This document shows, piece after piece, positions 7,608-17,625 of a stretch of DNA of 64,000 nucleotides. Source of the stretch: an uncultured delta proteobacterium (GTDB lineage Bacteria > Myxococcota_A > Polyangia > Haliangiales > Haliangiaceae). The first letter of the stretch is position 1. The number at the start of each line of letters is the position of its first letter. Under the pieces are notes generated by a model. It was not told where the DNA came from. It searched no databases and worked only from the letters and a program-made list of their open reading frames with translations. The DNA lies in contig CAWKDB010000010.1 of assembly GCA_963848295.1 (NCBI GenBank), positions 1,984,001 through 2,048,000 of the forward strand, written 5' to 3'. The translations under genes were made by a program, and so were the position numbers.

Positions 7608-9434
7608 TCAGCGCGGCGCGCGCAGCAGGTTGCGCTCGGCGTGCGCGAGCACATCGATCATCTGATCGAGCATCGGCTCGTTCGCCGCGTGCGTGGTCGC
7701 GACCGTGACGTCCTTCGCGAACAACGCGACCATGTAGCGCAGGCGGGCACGCGGCTCGGCCGCGAGCGCGCGGTAGTCGGCGTGACCGATGTTGACGCGC
7801 CAGCTGCCCGATGACATCCGACTGCGCCAGCCGCTCGCCGGTTCGTCGACGAGCACCGGCTCGGGAATGCCGGCGCCCGGGCCGCCGATCGGAGGGCCGT
7901 CGACCACGTCGACCTCGGCGGTGGTCGATGCCGAGCCGCCGTTCGCCTCGGCGACGACGGTGATCGCGTAGAAGCCGCGGTCGGCGAGCTCGGCGAGCGC
8001 GATCGTGCGCGCGCTGCCCTCGCCGTCCATCGACAGCAATGGCGAGCTCGCCGACCACGTCGTCGCCGCCGCGATCGCCTGGCCGTTGAGGTCGGTGACG
8101 ATCGCGCGCACGCGGCGCGCACCTCCGGGCCACAAGCGGATCGGATCGGGCGACAGTCGAACGTGCGCGGCCGGGCCGGGAGGCAACAACTGCGGCTCGT
8201 GCGCGGGCTCGTCGCTTGGCGCGGGCGTCTCTCCGGTCGTGCTCGCGGCGGGGACCGAAGCGCCGGTCGCGAGCGGATCGATCGCGCGCTCGCCGTCGGG
8301 TCCGCCGCGCCCGACGATCGGCGACGGCATCTCGAGGTGAGGTAAGCGATCGCGTAGCCCGCGCAGCGCGCGGCGCAGCTCGGATAGCAGCTGGCGCTCC
8401 GACGCGGCGTGGCGCTGCTCGAGCTGGCGGTCGAGCGCGGCCTGCGCGTACGGCTCGATCCGGGCGAGCGCGGTGACGAACGCCGCCGCGGCCGCATCTG
8501 GGGTGACGCCGCGCCGCGAGCCCGGTGGCACCGCGAAGCCCGCGAACTCGATCGTGCCGGCGAGCGCGGGATCGGTCCACGGTGCGTGGTCGAGCCCGAG
8601 CGCGGCGAGCTCGCCGAGCCGATCGGCGACGACCGTGCCTCCGCAGGTCAGCTCGACGCCGGCCGCGCCGACGCTCGCGTGATACAGCTCGATGACGATC
8701 GGCGAACAGCCGGGCACCTCGACCTGCGCGGGTACATCGAGCCGAACGCCATCGAACCGCCGCGGCACGACCGGGATGCGATCGACGAGCACCCCGCGCG
8801 AATCGAGCTCGCGCACCTCGACCGCGGCGCCGCTCGACAGCAACGGGCCGCGCAGCTCGGCGCCGAGATAGTCGGCGAGCCGACGCGTCGTCAGCGGGCG
8901 CAGCGCCGCGGCGTGGAGCTCGCCGACCACGATCTCGGTGAACGTCGCGGGCGCGTCGATCGTGGGCGGCGCGGGCACGATCTCGGCGCGCGGCTCGTCC
9001 TCGACCAGGCGGAGCAGCCAGGGCGCCGACCCGGCGACCCGCGAGCGGATGTCCATGCGATGGCCGATCGACCAGAACCCGAGCAGCCCGATGCCGTACT
9101 GGCCCGCGACGATCTGCTCGTGGCGCTCGCGCGGCGACAGGTTGCGTTTGTGCGAGCGCCCGATGTGCGTCGCGATGTGGCGAAGCGCGGTCTCGCGGTC
9201 CTCGTCGGGGCGTATCCCGTCGCCGTCGTCGCGCACGACGAGCGTCGCCCGCCGGCCGCGCCGCCGCCGCTCGATCACGATCGCGCGCGCATTCGCGTCG
9301 ATCGCGTTCTGCACGAGCTCGGCGACCGCCTTGCGCGGATCGCTCTGGCTGCGCGCGAGCCAGCGGATCAGATCGAACGCGTCGGCCGGCTGCAGCCGCA
9401 CGCGGCTCGCATCACGCTTCGATCGGATCGGCAC
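7608..9434 (-). CDS. GHKL (HSP90/MORC-like) ATPase with a C-terminal Ig-like insert
   Basis: Motifs AELVQNAIDANA, VRDDGDGI and GQYGIGLLGFWSIG; C-terminal WRVNIGHADY. Start placed at GTG 9434 (TACAAC 7 nt upstream). Confidence 0.8.
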   Translation of the reverse strand: MPIRSKRDASRVRLQPADAFDLIRWLARSQSDPRKAVAELVQNAIDANARAIVIERRRRGRRATLVVRDDGDGIRPDEDRETALRHIATHIGRSHKRNLSPRERHEQIVAGQYGIGLLGFWSIGHRMDIRSRVAGSAPWLLRLVEDEPRAEIVPAPPTIDAPATFTEIVVGELHAAALRPLTTRRLADYLGAELRGPLLSSGAAVEVRELDSRGVLVDRIPVVPRRFDGVRLDVPAQVEVPGCSPIVIELYHASVGAAGVELTCGGTVVADRLGELAALGLDHAPWTDPALAGTIEFAGFAVPPGSRRGVTPDAAAAAFVTALARIEPYAQAALDRQLEQRHAASERQLLSELRRALRGLRDRLPHLEMPSPIVGRGGPDGERAIDPLATGASVPAASTTGETPAPSDEPAHEPQLLPPGPAAHVRLSPDPIRLWPGGARRVRAIVTDLNGQAIAAATTWSASSPLLSMDGEGSARTIALAELADRGFYAITVVAEANGGSASTTAEVDVVDGPPIGGPGAGIPEPVLVDEPASGWRSRMSSGSWRVNIGHADYRALAAEPRARLRYMVALFAKDVTVATTHAANEPMLDQMIDVLAHAERNLLRAPR

Positions 9435-9524
9435 GCCATCGGTTGTAGCGCGCGGCTCTGACGAGCGTGGTGCGGCCTCCGGATTGGGTCCGTGCGGCTC
9501 ACGCGTGTGCTCGCCGATGAGGGT

Positions 9525-9540
9525 TGGCACGCCCGCTGCT
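9525..9540 (+). promoter_or_regulatory. Sigma54-like -24/-12 promoter
   Basis: TGGCACGCCCGCTGCT (GG-N10-GC), 12 nt before ATG 9553. Confidence 0.55.
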
Positions 9541-9552
9541 CCTCCGTACACC

Positions 9553-9891
9553 ATGCGCACCTGTCTCTTCGTTGTAACGTTCGCCGTGATCGCGGCATGC
9601 ACCAGCAGCTACCAGCCGCCGGATCTGTCGGGCTCGGTCGCGTGCGGGACCATGACATGCGGCGACGGTCAGCTGTGCATCGACTCGACGCGCGACGGCA
9701 GCGAGGGCTCGTCGAACGAGATCGAAACGTTCAGCTGCGCGACGCCACCCGCGGACTGCCAGCTCCTTGAATGCAGCTACGAATGCCCGCACGAGGGCGT
9801 GAGCAATTGCTGTCCGCCGTGCATCGTGGGTCTGTGCGGCGGCATCCCGGGCTATGACGGCAGCCGGAACGTCAGCTGCGTCGGCTTCTGA
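9553..9891 (+). CDS. Small Cys-rich lipoprotein
   Basis: MRTCLFVVTFAVIAAC lipobox; many Cys. Confidence 0.75.
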   Translation: MRTCLFVVTFAVIAACTSSYQPPDLSGSVACGTMTCGDGQLCIDSTRDGSEGSSNEIETFSCATPPADCQLLECSYECPHEGVSNCCPPCIVGLCGGIPGYDGSRNVSCVGF

Positions 9892-9918
9892 TTCGCGACA
9901 ACGATGTCGCGGTTTGCG

Positions 9919-10455
9919 TCACCGGGCGTCATCAACGGGGTTAGGTTCGAGCTCGAACCGGAGCGTGACGGTATGAAGCTGCCGATCTAGCTTGGTGAGC
10001 GGCATGACGGTCCCGACGAAGCTCGCCTGGAGCCTGTCGCGGTCCTGGACGAGCCTCGTCCGGCTGAACACGTCACCGGCGCGGGTCTTGACCAGATCCT
10101 CGACGGCCGTCGGGAATCCGCGAAACTCCACCGCGCCGATCGAGAACTTCGCACCCTCGTCGATCCGGATCGTGACCGCGCCGGAGCGTTTGCAGTCGGG
10201 GGTCAGGAACCCGATCACGCACGTGCCGTCGGTCTCCTGCACCTTGACGTCGACGTAACCGAGGTCCCAGTAGAGCTGGCTCGTCTTCAACGATACGCGC
10301 TCGAGCTCTTGATCGGTGAGCTTGCGATCGGCCGGCACGAGCGCTCCGAGCGCGGCATCCGTCACCTCGCGATTGCCGACGAAGTGAAGTCGCGACGGAG
10401 CCGCACTGGCGACGCTCGAGATGACCAGGACGGACAGGAAGAACATGGTGCGCAT
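9919..10455 (-). CDS. Secreted POTRA-domain protein
   Basis: Signal peptide MRTMFFLSVLVISSVASA; LHFVGNREVTD, YWDLGYVDVKV, IRIDEGAKFSIGAVEFRG and GDVFSRTRLVQDRDRL are typical of POTRA repeats. Confidence 0.8.
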   Translation of the reverse strand: MRTMFFLSVLVISSVASAAPSRLHFVGNREVTDAALGALVPADRKLTDQELERVSLKTSQLYWDLGYVDVKVQETDGTCVIGFLTPDCKRSGAVTIRIDEGAKFSIGAVEFRGFPTAVEDLVKTRAGDVFSRTRLVQDRDRLQASFVGTVMPLTKLDRQLHTVTLRFELEPNPVDDAR

Positions 10456-10511
10456 GCGGCTCTGACCGCGAGGCCTACGCGCCGGTTGCTCGCCGCTACT
10501 CGCAAACCACG

Positions 10512-11237
10512 TCAATGCTCGACGAATAACGCGTACTGATTCAGCGTGCGCGTGCCGCTGATCTTGTGGACGCTGATGTAGAACGTGCCGGCGTCGGGAC
10601 TGCCCGGTGCCATCACGCACGCGCTGGCGCCGCCGCCACCCGTCGCGGTCGCGCAGGTCTGCGGGTCGGTGCTGCCGTTCGCCGAGATGCACACCTGGTA
10701 GTTGTCGTCGGCCGGGTAGTTCGCGATGTTGAGGCAGGTCGCCATCCCGCCTGACGTGCCGGCGCCTACGGCGGTGATCACGAACCAGTCGTCGCGGCCG
10801 AGGGTGCGCATCGTCGGCGCGCTGTCGTGCATGCGATCGTCGGAGTAGATCTGGCTGACGATCGTGCACGGATTATTCGCGTTGTCACACGTGCCGGTGC
10901 CGCCGGTCACGTTCGGGAGCATCACGGGGACTGCGGTCGCGGCGCTATCTTGCACCGGCGCGTCGAGCGCCTCGCAGCCATCGGCCGCGCTGCCGTTCAT
11001 GTCGTAGTACTCGCCGACGCACGTCAACACGCACGTCCCGCTCGCCGTGCCGTCGGAGCACGTCTCTTGCTCTCTCGTCGGATCCGCTTGCGGGCAGCTC
11101 GTGCTGCAGGTGCCGCAGTGATCGGTCGAGCCGAGCGTGCACTCGGCGATCGGCGAATCGGTGCTCCCGTCGGCGTGCGCCGGCGGCTCGCCGCCTTTCG
11201 CGCAAGCCGCGACGACCAAGAGGAGCCACCACCGCAC
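10512..11237 (-). CDS. Cys-rich lipoprotein
   Basis: (V)RWWLLLVVAAC lipobox; HCGTCSTSC and YYDMNGSAADGCE motifs; TACGCT 7 nt upstream. Confidence 0.78.
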   Translation of the reverse strand: MRWWLLLVVAACAKGGEPPAHADGSTDSPIAECTLGSTDHCGTCSTSCPQADPTREQETCSDGTASGTCVLTCVGEYYDMNGSAADGCEALDAPVQDSAATAVPVMLPNVTGGTGTCDNANNPCTIVSQIYSDDRMHDSAPTMRTLGRDDWFVITAVGAGTSGGMATCLNIANYPADDNYQVCISANGSTDPQTCATATGGGGASACVMAPGSPDAGTFYISVHKISGTRTLNQYALFVEH

Positions 11238-11340
11238 GCGCGCGAGCGTAGCAGCGGCAGCGCGGCGCATTACTACACGACGGTTACCGAGTCGCGGTCC
11301 GCACTTGCCGATCGCGGGCAAAGCGCTACACCGCGCATTG

Positions 11341-12066
11341 ATGATCGACCTCTATTATTGGCCGACCCCGAACGGGCAGAAGATCGCGATCATGCTGGAG
11401 GAGACCGGCCTCCCTCATCGGGTCATCCCGGTCAACATCGGACGCGGCGACCAGTTCGACCCCGCGTTTCTCGCGATCAGTCCCAATAACCGAATGCCCG
11501 CGATCGTCGATCACGAGCCGGTCGGCGGTGGCGCTCCGATCTCGATCTTCGAGTCGGGTGCGATCCTCATGTACCTCGCCGAGAAGTCCGGCAAGCTGTG
11601 GCCTGCCGAGCCGCGCCGCAAGTACGAAGTCGCCCAGTGGGTGATGTGGCAGCTTGCGAACCAGGGCCCGAAGCTCGGCGAGAACGGCCACTTCAAGCGC
11701 GCGGCCCAGAACGCGAGCAACGGCGACCTGACGTATGCCCTGCGCCGGTTCGACGACGAGACCAATCGGCTGTTCGGCGTGATGAACATCCGCCTCCACG
11801 ACCAGCGATACCTCGGCGGCGACGACTACAGCATCGCCGACATCATCTGCTACCCGTGGACCGCGACCTGGAAGTATCAAGGCCAGGACATCGAAGAGTT
11901 CCCGCACGTCAAGCGCTGGCTCGACGAGCTCGCCGCACGCCCCGCGGTCGAGCGCGGGATGGCCGTCGGCAAGGAGCTGCGCGAGGATCCCGCGACCATC
12001 TCGGCGGAGGAGCAAGCGCGCCGCGCGAAGGTGCTCGCCAACCAGCGCGCTCGCCGGCCCAGCTGA
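11341..12066 (+). CDS. Glutathione S-transferase family protein (YfcG/YghU-like)
   Basis: MIDLYYWPTPNGQKI, ISPNNRMPAIVD, IFESGAILMYLAEK, YSIADI. Confidence 0.93.
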   Translation: MIDLYYWPTPNGQKIAIMLEETGLPHRVIPVNIGRGDQFDPAFLAISPNNRMPAIVDHEPVGGGAPISIFESGAILMYLAEKSGKLWPAEPRRKYEVAQWVMWQLANQGPKLGENGHFKRAAQNASNGDLTYALRRFDDETNRLFGVMNIRLHDQRYLGGDDYSIADIICYPWTATWKYQGQDIEEFPHVKRWLDELAARPAVERGMAVGKELREDPATISAEEQARRAKVLANQRARRPS

Positions 12067-13086
12067 TCACTTCTTCGTGAACTTGAGCGTCATCCGATCG
12101 CTCTCGCCGATCGCGGTGTACTTCGCCTTGTCTTTCTCGCCCTCGCGATAGCCCGGCGGCAAGGTCCACACGCCCTGCGGGTAGTCCTTGGTGTCCTTCG
12201 GGTTCGCGTTGACCTCGGACTTGCCGGCGAGCGTGAAGCCGGCCGCGGTGACGCGATCGATCACCCATTGCTCGGCGAGGTAACCGGTCTTCGCGGTGTC
12301 CTCGCCCTTGGTGCCCGCGACCCCGCGATGCGCGACGACCCCGAACGTACCGCCGGGCTTCAGCACGGCGTGGATCGCCGCGAGGTACTTGTCGAGCTCG
12401 GCGTCGCGCTGCCAATCGTGCATCTCGCGGATCGCGAGGACCAGATCGACGCTGCCTGCCGGCCCGAACACGAGCGGGTCGCCACTCGTGATCCGGACGC
12501 GCTCGACCTTGCCGAACAGCTCGGGCGACTTCGCGAGGAACAGATCGAGGCGACGTCCGCTCACCGTCGACATCTTCCCGGCGGGCGCCGCGGCGTCCGG
12601 TCCGGCGACGATCAGCTTGCCGTGATTCGCGAGCAACGGCGCGAGCAACTCGGTGTACCAGCCGCTCCCCGGACCGATCTCGAGCACGGTCTGCGTCGGT
12701 TTCAAGCCGAAGAACTCGAGCGTCTCGATCGGATGGCGCGCCGCATCGCGGTCCTTGTTGCCGGGTACGCGGTACGGGCTCGCGAGGATCGCGGCGAGCG
12801 CGGCCTTCGTATCCTTGGCCTTTTGATCTCGTACCGCGACCGCGGCCTTGATGAGCTCGGGCGTCCACCGCTTGGCTTCCTTGGCGGCGTCGGCCTCGGC
12901 GTCCGCCATCCCCTTGGCGACCTTGTCCGCGTCCGTCATGCCGGCGTCGACCGTCATGCCGGCGTCGACCGTCACGGCGGTCTTCGCCACGATCGGCGCG
13001 ATGTTCTCGGACTTCGCAGCGGCCTCGTGCTTCTTGCACGCACCGACCGCACACAACGCGACGAGCAACCAAGGCGATAACTTCAT
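12067..13086 (-). CDS. Lipoprotein class I SAM-dependent methyltransferase
   Basis: Lipobox ALCAVGAC; RDAARHPIETLEFFG, VLEIGPGSGWYT, NANPKDTKDYPQGVWTLPP, IGESDRMTLKF. Confidence 0.88.
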   Translation of the reverse strand: MKLSPWLLVALCAVGACKKHEAAAKSENIAPIVAKTAVTVDAGMTVDAGMTDADKVAKGMADAEADAAKEAKRWTPELIKAAVAVRDQKAKDTKAALAAILASPYRVPGNKDRDAARHPIETLEFFGLKPTQTVLEIGPGSGWYTELLAPLLANHGKLIVAGPDAAAPAGKMSTVSGRRLDLFLAKSPELFGKVERVRITSGDPLVFGPAGSVDLVLAIREMHDWQRDAELDKYLAAIHAVLKPGGTFGVVAHRGVAGTKGEDTAKTGYLAEQWVIDRVTAAGFTLAGKSEVNANPKDTKDYPQGVWTLPPGYREGEKDKAKYTAIGESDRMTLKFTKK

Positions 13087-13115
13087 ACGCGGCACTGTAC
13101 GCCTTTCGTCACGCG

Positions 13116-13874
13116 CTAGTTCTGCAGCGTCGCATTGAACAGCGCGACCATCGTCTCCCAGTGATGCTCCGCAGCCGCGGCGTCGTAGACCGGCGTGTCG
13201 CGAAACACCCAACCGTGCTTCGCGTTGAACGTCTCGATCTCGTGATCGACGCCCGCGCTGGTCAGCGCCTGGCCGAGCCGCTGCTTCATGTCGTCGGGAA
13301 ACGATTGATCCTCGATCGCACCGCCGATGAAGACGCGCGCCTTGATCTTCGGCGCGAGCAGGTGCGGACTGTCGGGCGCTTCGGTAGCGAGTCGGCCGCC
13401 GTGATACGAGGCCGTCGCCGCGATGCGGTCCGGGTACGTGCCGGCCGCGGTGAGCGACATCAGGCCGCCCATGCAGTAGCCGGTGGTACCGATGCCGCCG
13501 GGCTTCGCCTTGGGTGCCGTAGAGATGTACTCGAGGAACGAGCGCGTGTCGGCCATGATGTTCGAGGCGGTCGCGTGCGCGAAGAACTTCTCCATGAGGA
13601 CCTTGCGCTGCTCGGGATCGCTGAACACGGTGTGCGGATTCATCGGCTCGTAGGGCCCCGATCGATAGAACAGATCCGGCAGCACGACGAAGTAGCCGTA
13701 GGTCGCGAGCCGCTCGCCGACCTCGAGCATGGCGGGGCGGATGCCGAGGCCGTCCATGAAGACGAGCACGGTCGGCCACGGACCCTTGCCGTCCGGGTGA
13801 TAGACGTAGCTCGGGCACGAGCCGTCGCGGGTGGTGATCGTCTCCTTGCGATAACGAACGGCGGCGGTGGGCAT
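13116..13874 (-). CDS. Dienelactone hydrolase family protein
   Basis: MDGLGIRP, GYCMGG nucleophile motif, SYHGG, AKHGW. Confidence 0.92.
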   Translation of the reverse strand: MPTAAVRYRKETITTRDGSCPSYVYHPDGKGPWPTVLVFMDGLGIRPAMLEVGERLATYGYFVVLPDLFYRSGPYEPMNPHTVFSDPEQRKVLMEKFFAHATASNIMADTRSFLEYISTAPKAKPGGIGTTGYCMGGLMSLTAAGTYPDRIAATASYHGGRLATEAPDSPHLLAPKIKARVFIGGAIEDQSFPDDMKQRLGQALTSAGVDHEIETFNAKHGWVFRDTPVYDAAAAEHHWETMVALFNATLQN

Positions 13875-14188
13875 ACGGTCAGACTCCTTGCGTGATTGAA
13901 GAAAGCGACAGGCGTTGCATTACGGCATCGTGTAACGCCGTCTCCGGAGCTCGGTGACGAGCGCTTCGCTCACCGCCGGATCGAGTTGTTGATCGCGTAG
14001 GCGATCGCGCGCTGGCGCTGGGTCGCGACCAACGGCGCCTTGCCACGGAGCAGCGCCACGAGGTCGCTGCCGCCGGCGGGACGCCCTCTCCCGCGTCGCT
14101 TCGCGCGCACCATGCGGCCACTATGGTTCGTTCGCGTCGCGCTGCGGGACAACGGGCGGTCCACGCTCGAGCCGTGTCGGGCGCAGCG

Positions 14189-14923
14189 TCAGTGCACGAG
14201 GAACCAGCGCACGCCCGCCGTCACCTCGAGATGAAAGTGGTTGCGGTGCGGACGGTTGTAGTCGGGCGTGAGCACGACGTTGAACAAGTGATCGTCGACC
14301 GCCTCGCACAGGATCGCGCGGAGCTCGGTCGCCTTCGCGGTCACCGGATGTGGCGCCGCGCCCTTGCCGCACGTGGCCGCGCCGATCGCGCCGTGAAAGT
14401 CGTCGAGCACGCTGAGCGCGCTGCCGTCGGACTTCACGAACCTCGCGGCGTCGAGTGCGAGCCCGCCGTTGTGCTGACCGCCGATCTTGTCCGCGGCCCA
14501 CGACTTCGGCGGCACCCGGTACATCGAATAGTGGACGACCTCGACGATGTCGTGGCGCGCGAGGATCTCGGCGAAGTCATCGAGCGCGAGCACGAGCCGG
14601 CAGTCGCCGATCTCCCACGGAGAAGTCGCACGCGCGGCCTCGCGGAGATCCGTGTGAAACGTCACGCCATGCAACGGACCTTGTAGACGCACGGGCGCCG
14701 CGACGCCGCGAGCGGTCTCCGTGCGAAACGCGATCTTGCGCCGGGTCAGCTCGGCGGTGCAGTCGTCGGGGGATAGCGCACCGTATCGCACCGCGGGTGA
14801 GGCGTCGGCATCGCGGGGCGTCGTGAACCGCGAGGTCGCGTGTCTCGACGGCGCCTTGTGGGCGTGAGGTGCGGCTGCCGCGAGCGTCGCGCTGGCGGTC
14901 AACACGACGAGGGCAAGCCGCAC
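14189..14923 (-). CDS. Secreted extensin-like C-terminal domain protein
   Basis: Signal peptide; GVAAPVRL, QHNGGLALD, VVLTPDYNRPHRNHFHLE. Confidence 0.85.
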   Translation of the reverse strand: MRLALVVLTASATLAAAAPHAHKAPSRHATSRFTTPRDADASPAVRYGALSPDDCTAELTRRKIAFRTETARGVAAPVRLQGPLHGVTFHTDLREAARATSPWEIGDCRLVLALDDFAEILARHDIVEVVHYSMYRVPPKSWAADKIGGQHNGGLALDAARFVKSDGSALSVLDDFHGAIGAATCGKGAAPHPVTAKATELRAILCEAVDDHLFNVVLTPDYNRPHRNHFHLEVTAGVRWFLVH

Positions 14924-15021
14924 CACAACATTCTACGCGATCGAAGTTTGCCCGGCCGCATTTCCGACGGAGCGCCCGACCCCACGGTGTATCCTTGCCG
15001 CAACGACCTCCTGGGGGAGCG

Positions 15022-17625
15022 ATGCGTAGACACGTCCTTTCGCTCGTCGCGCTGCTCGCAGGTTGCGGCGACAACATCCATCCTGGCGTATTCGTCGACA
15101 CCGCGGTGCCGAACACGACGCTCGCCGCCGGCGACCCGGTCGGAGCTCGGTGCTCGCTCGTCGACGCGACCGGCGAGCCCGCGCTCGACCCGCACGGCAA
15201 TCCGCTGACCGACTCGACCGATTTCTCGATCAGCTACGAGGCGCCGGAGTCGTTCGCGACCGCCGACGACGGCCAGATCATCGCCGCGAAAGAAGGCACC
15301 GCGACGGTGCGCTGCTCGGCGGCGAGCCTCGCCTTGATCGACGAGACCCCGGTGGAGCTCACGATCGTCGCCGGCCCCGCGGTCCGCGCGATCACGCAAC
15401 TCGACCAACCGACGACGCTCGCCGGCGTTGCCGACGGCGTGCAGTGCCTCGTGTTCGACGCGTTCGACAACCCGGTGCAGGTCGTCGCGCAGTCGATCGC
15501 GCTGTCTCCAACCGGCGCCGGCACGTCGACGACCGCCGACAGCGTGACCGCCACGCTGACCGGCGACTATACGGTGTCGTGCGTGATCGGCGGCGCGACC
15601 GAGGTCGTGCCGGCGGATCTCGTCGTGCTCCCCGCGCTGCCGGCGTCGCTCGTCGGCGCGCTCGATCCGGAACGCACGCTGTACGCGATCCTCGATCAGG
15701 TCACGCTGATCGCCGACGCGTTCGATCAATTCGGCAACCGCGTCGACGACGTCGGCCTGTCGTATGCGGCGTCGCCGACCGTGCCTTCGCCGGCCACCGC
15801 GCGCTTCCAGTTCAACGCCGACGGCACGTTCTTGTTGTCCGCGATGGTGACCTCGGCCACCGAGAACGGCACGCCGCTGAGCGCCACGCTGCCCGCGCTC
15901 GTCGATTCGACCGGGCCCGCGATCGAATGCCGGCGGATCGATTCGCCCACGGTTGCGGCCGACGCATACATGGTGCAGCAAGCGCCCGCGACCGTCGTGT
16001 TCCCGGTCCATATCGGCGCCGCGTTCAGCGTGCAGTCGGTGACGATCGGCGGCAACGCGGCGAGCCTCGATGCCGGCTCCGGCAACTACACCGCGAGCGT
16101 GCCGATCGGGTTCGGGATGAACTTCGTCGACGTCGTCGCGACCGATACCAACGGCATCCAGAACAGCACCACGTGCTTCGTGCTCGCCGCGTCGACCTAC
16201 AACCCCGAACCGAACGTGATGGCCGGCGCGATCGGTTTGCGCCTCGATCAGTACGCGATCGGCGATCCGTCGCCGTCCGGTCTCGATAGCCTGAACGACA
16301 TCTTCTACACGGTGCTGAGCAGCGGCGCGCTGCGGTCGCTCGTCGACGCCGCGCTCACCGCCGACAACCCGATCAGCAACGGCAGCTGCGGGGTCTTCGC
16401 GTGCGATCCCAAGGTCACGTACAACGGCGGCACGATCGCGTGGGACACGCCGACCACGACGTTGACGCTGATCACCGGCGGCTTGCAAGCCAAGGTCACG
16501 CTACCGAACGTGCGGCTCAACGTCAGCGCGTGCGGCACGACCTGTTGCATCGGCGGGTCGAACATCGAGGTCACCGCGAGCAGCATCAGCGCGACCGTCA
16601 ACTTCAGCCTGCAACTGCAAGGCGGCTTGCTGCGCTCCGCGGTGTCGGGGGCGCCGGTCGTCACGGTCGGTACGGTCACGCTCAACGGCTCGGGCTTCTG
16701 CGGGTTCGTCCTCAACCTCATCCAGAGCTTCTTCACCGGCACGGTCAAGACCGCGGTGCAGAACGCGCTGACGAGCTTCATCAACACCTCGGTGGGCCCG
16801 ATCCTCGACGGCGTGACTTCGAGCCTCGACGTCTCGACGCTCGGCCAATCGTTCTCGGTGCCCCGCCTCGATAACACGGGCACGATCATGCTCGGCTTCG
16901 GCCTTCAGTTGTCGTCACTCGACATCTCGACGACCCGCGTCCTGATCGGCCTCGGCACGAAGTTCACGCCGGGTACGGTCGCGCAGACCCGGCCGAGCCT
17001 CGGTATCGCGATGCGAACCGCGAGCGCGCTGCTCGATCCGCCGGGCACGAGCCCTTCGAACCCGGTCGCGATCTCCGCCTATGAAGGCATCCTCAACGAG
17101 GCGCTGCACGCGCTGTGGCGCGGCGGGTTCTTCCAGGCGACGTTGGACCTCGCCGGTGGCACCGCCGTGATCGACGGCCGGTTGCCTCCTGTCGTCGCGT
17201 TCGGCACCGGCAACACCGCGACGCTCATGCTCGGCGGCATCAACGCGACGCTCACGATCCCCGGCGTGATCGATACGCCGATCCAGATCGTGTTCGGCGG
17301 CAACGCGAGCGCGACGGTGAGCCTCGTCGGCAACTCGCTCGTGTTCGGCAACCTGGACCTCGATCAGCTGTTCGTGTCGTTCCAGGCGACCCTGTCGCAA
17401 CAACAGCGCACCGCGATGGAGACGTTCTTGACCTCGGCGCTCCAGTCGGTGCTCGGCACCGCGATCAACAACGCGATCCCGGCGCTGCCGATCCCGTCGT
17501 TCACGCTGCCCGCGAGCGTCGCGACCTACGGACTACCGGCAGGGGCCCAGCTCGGCATCGTCAACCCGTCGCTGTCGACATCGGGCTCGAGCGCGGTGCT
17601 CGTCGGCCAGTTTGGAGTCCACTGA
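15022..17625 (+). CDS. Large lipoprotein: Ig-like N-terminal half and possible BPI/TULIP-like C-terminal half
   Basis: MRRHVLSLVALLAGC lipobox; DAFDNPV and DQFGNRV Ig-type motifs; ILNEALHALWRGGFF; ALPIPSFTLP. Confidence 0.75.
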   Translation: MRRHVLSLVALLAGCGDNIHPGVFVDTAVPNTTLAAGDPVGARCSLVDATGEPALDPHGNPLTDSTDFSISYEAPESFATADDGQIIAAKEGTATVRCSAASLALIDETPVELTIVAGPAVRAITQLDQPTTLAGVADGVQCLVFDAFDNPVQVVAQSIALSPTGAGTSTTADSVTATLTGDYTVSCVIGGATEVVPADLVVLPALPASLVGALDPERTLYAILDQVTLIADAFDQFGNRVDDVGLSYAASPTVPSPATARFQFNADGTFLLSAMVTSATENGTPLSATLPALVDSTGPAIECRRIDSPTVAADAYMVQQAPATVVFPVHIGAAFSVQSVTIGGNAASLDAGSGNYTASVPIGFGMNFVDVVATDTNGIQNSTTCFVLAASTYNPEPNVMAGAIGLRLDQYAIGDPSPSGLDSLNDIFYTVLSSGALRSLVDAALTADNPISNGSCGVFACDPKVTYNGGTIAWDTPTTTLTLITGGLQAKVTLPNVRLNVSACGTTCCIGGSNIEVTASSISATVNFSLQLQGGLLRSAVSGAPVVTVGTVTLNGSGFCGFVLNLIQSFFTGTVKTAVQNALTSFINTSVGPILDGVTSSLDVSTLGQSFSVPRLDNTGTIMLGFGLQLSSLDISTTRVLIGLGTKFTPGTVAQTRPSLGIAMRTASALLDPPGTSPSNPVAISAYEGILNEALHALWRGGFFQATLDLAGGTAVIDGRLPPVVAFGTGNTATLMLGGINATLTIPGVIDTPIQIVFGGNASATVSLVGNSLVFGNLDLDQLFVSFQATLSQQQRTAMETFLTSALQSVLGTAINNAIPALPIPSFTLPASVATYGLPAGAQLGIVNPSLSTSGSSAVLVGQFGVH

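Noticed and set aside
12060..12072. Abutting or overlapping convergent stop codons (also 24699-24702, 30950/30951, 42889-42892, 58994-58997)
   Set aside because: Common in compact GC-rich genomes; no additional structure is evident.
12933..12975. 18-bp repeat encoding TVDAGM twice
   Set aside because: An ordinary low-complexity lipoprotein linker.
13970..14164. Short minus-strand ORF (..LLRGKAPLVATQRQRAIAYAINNSIRR)
   Set aside because: Too short, with no motif or clear start signal; cannot be supported from sequence alone.
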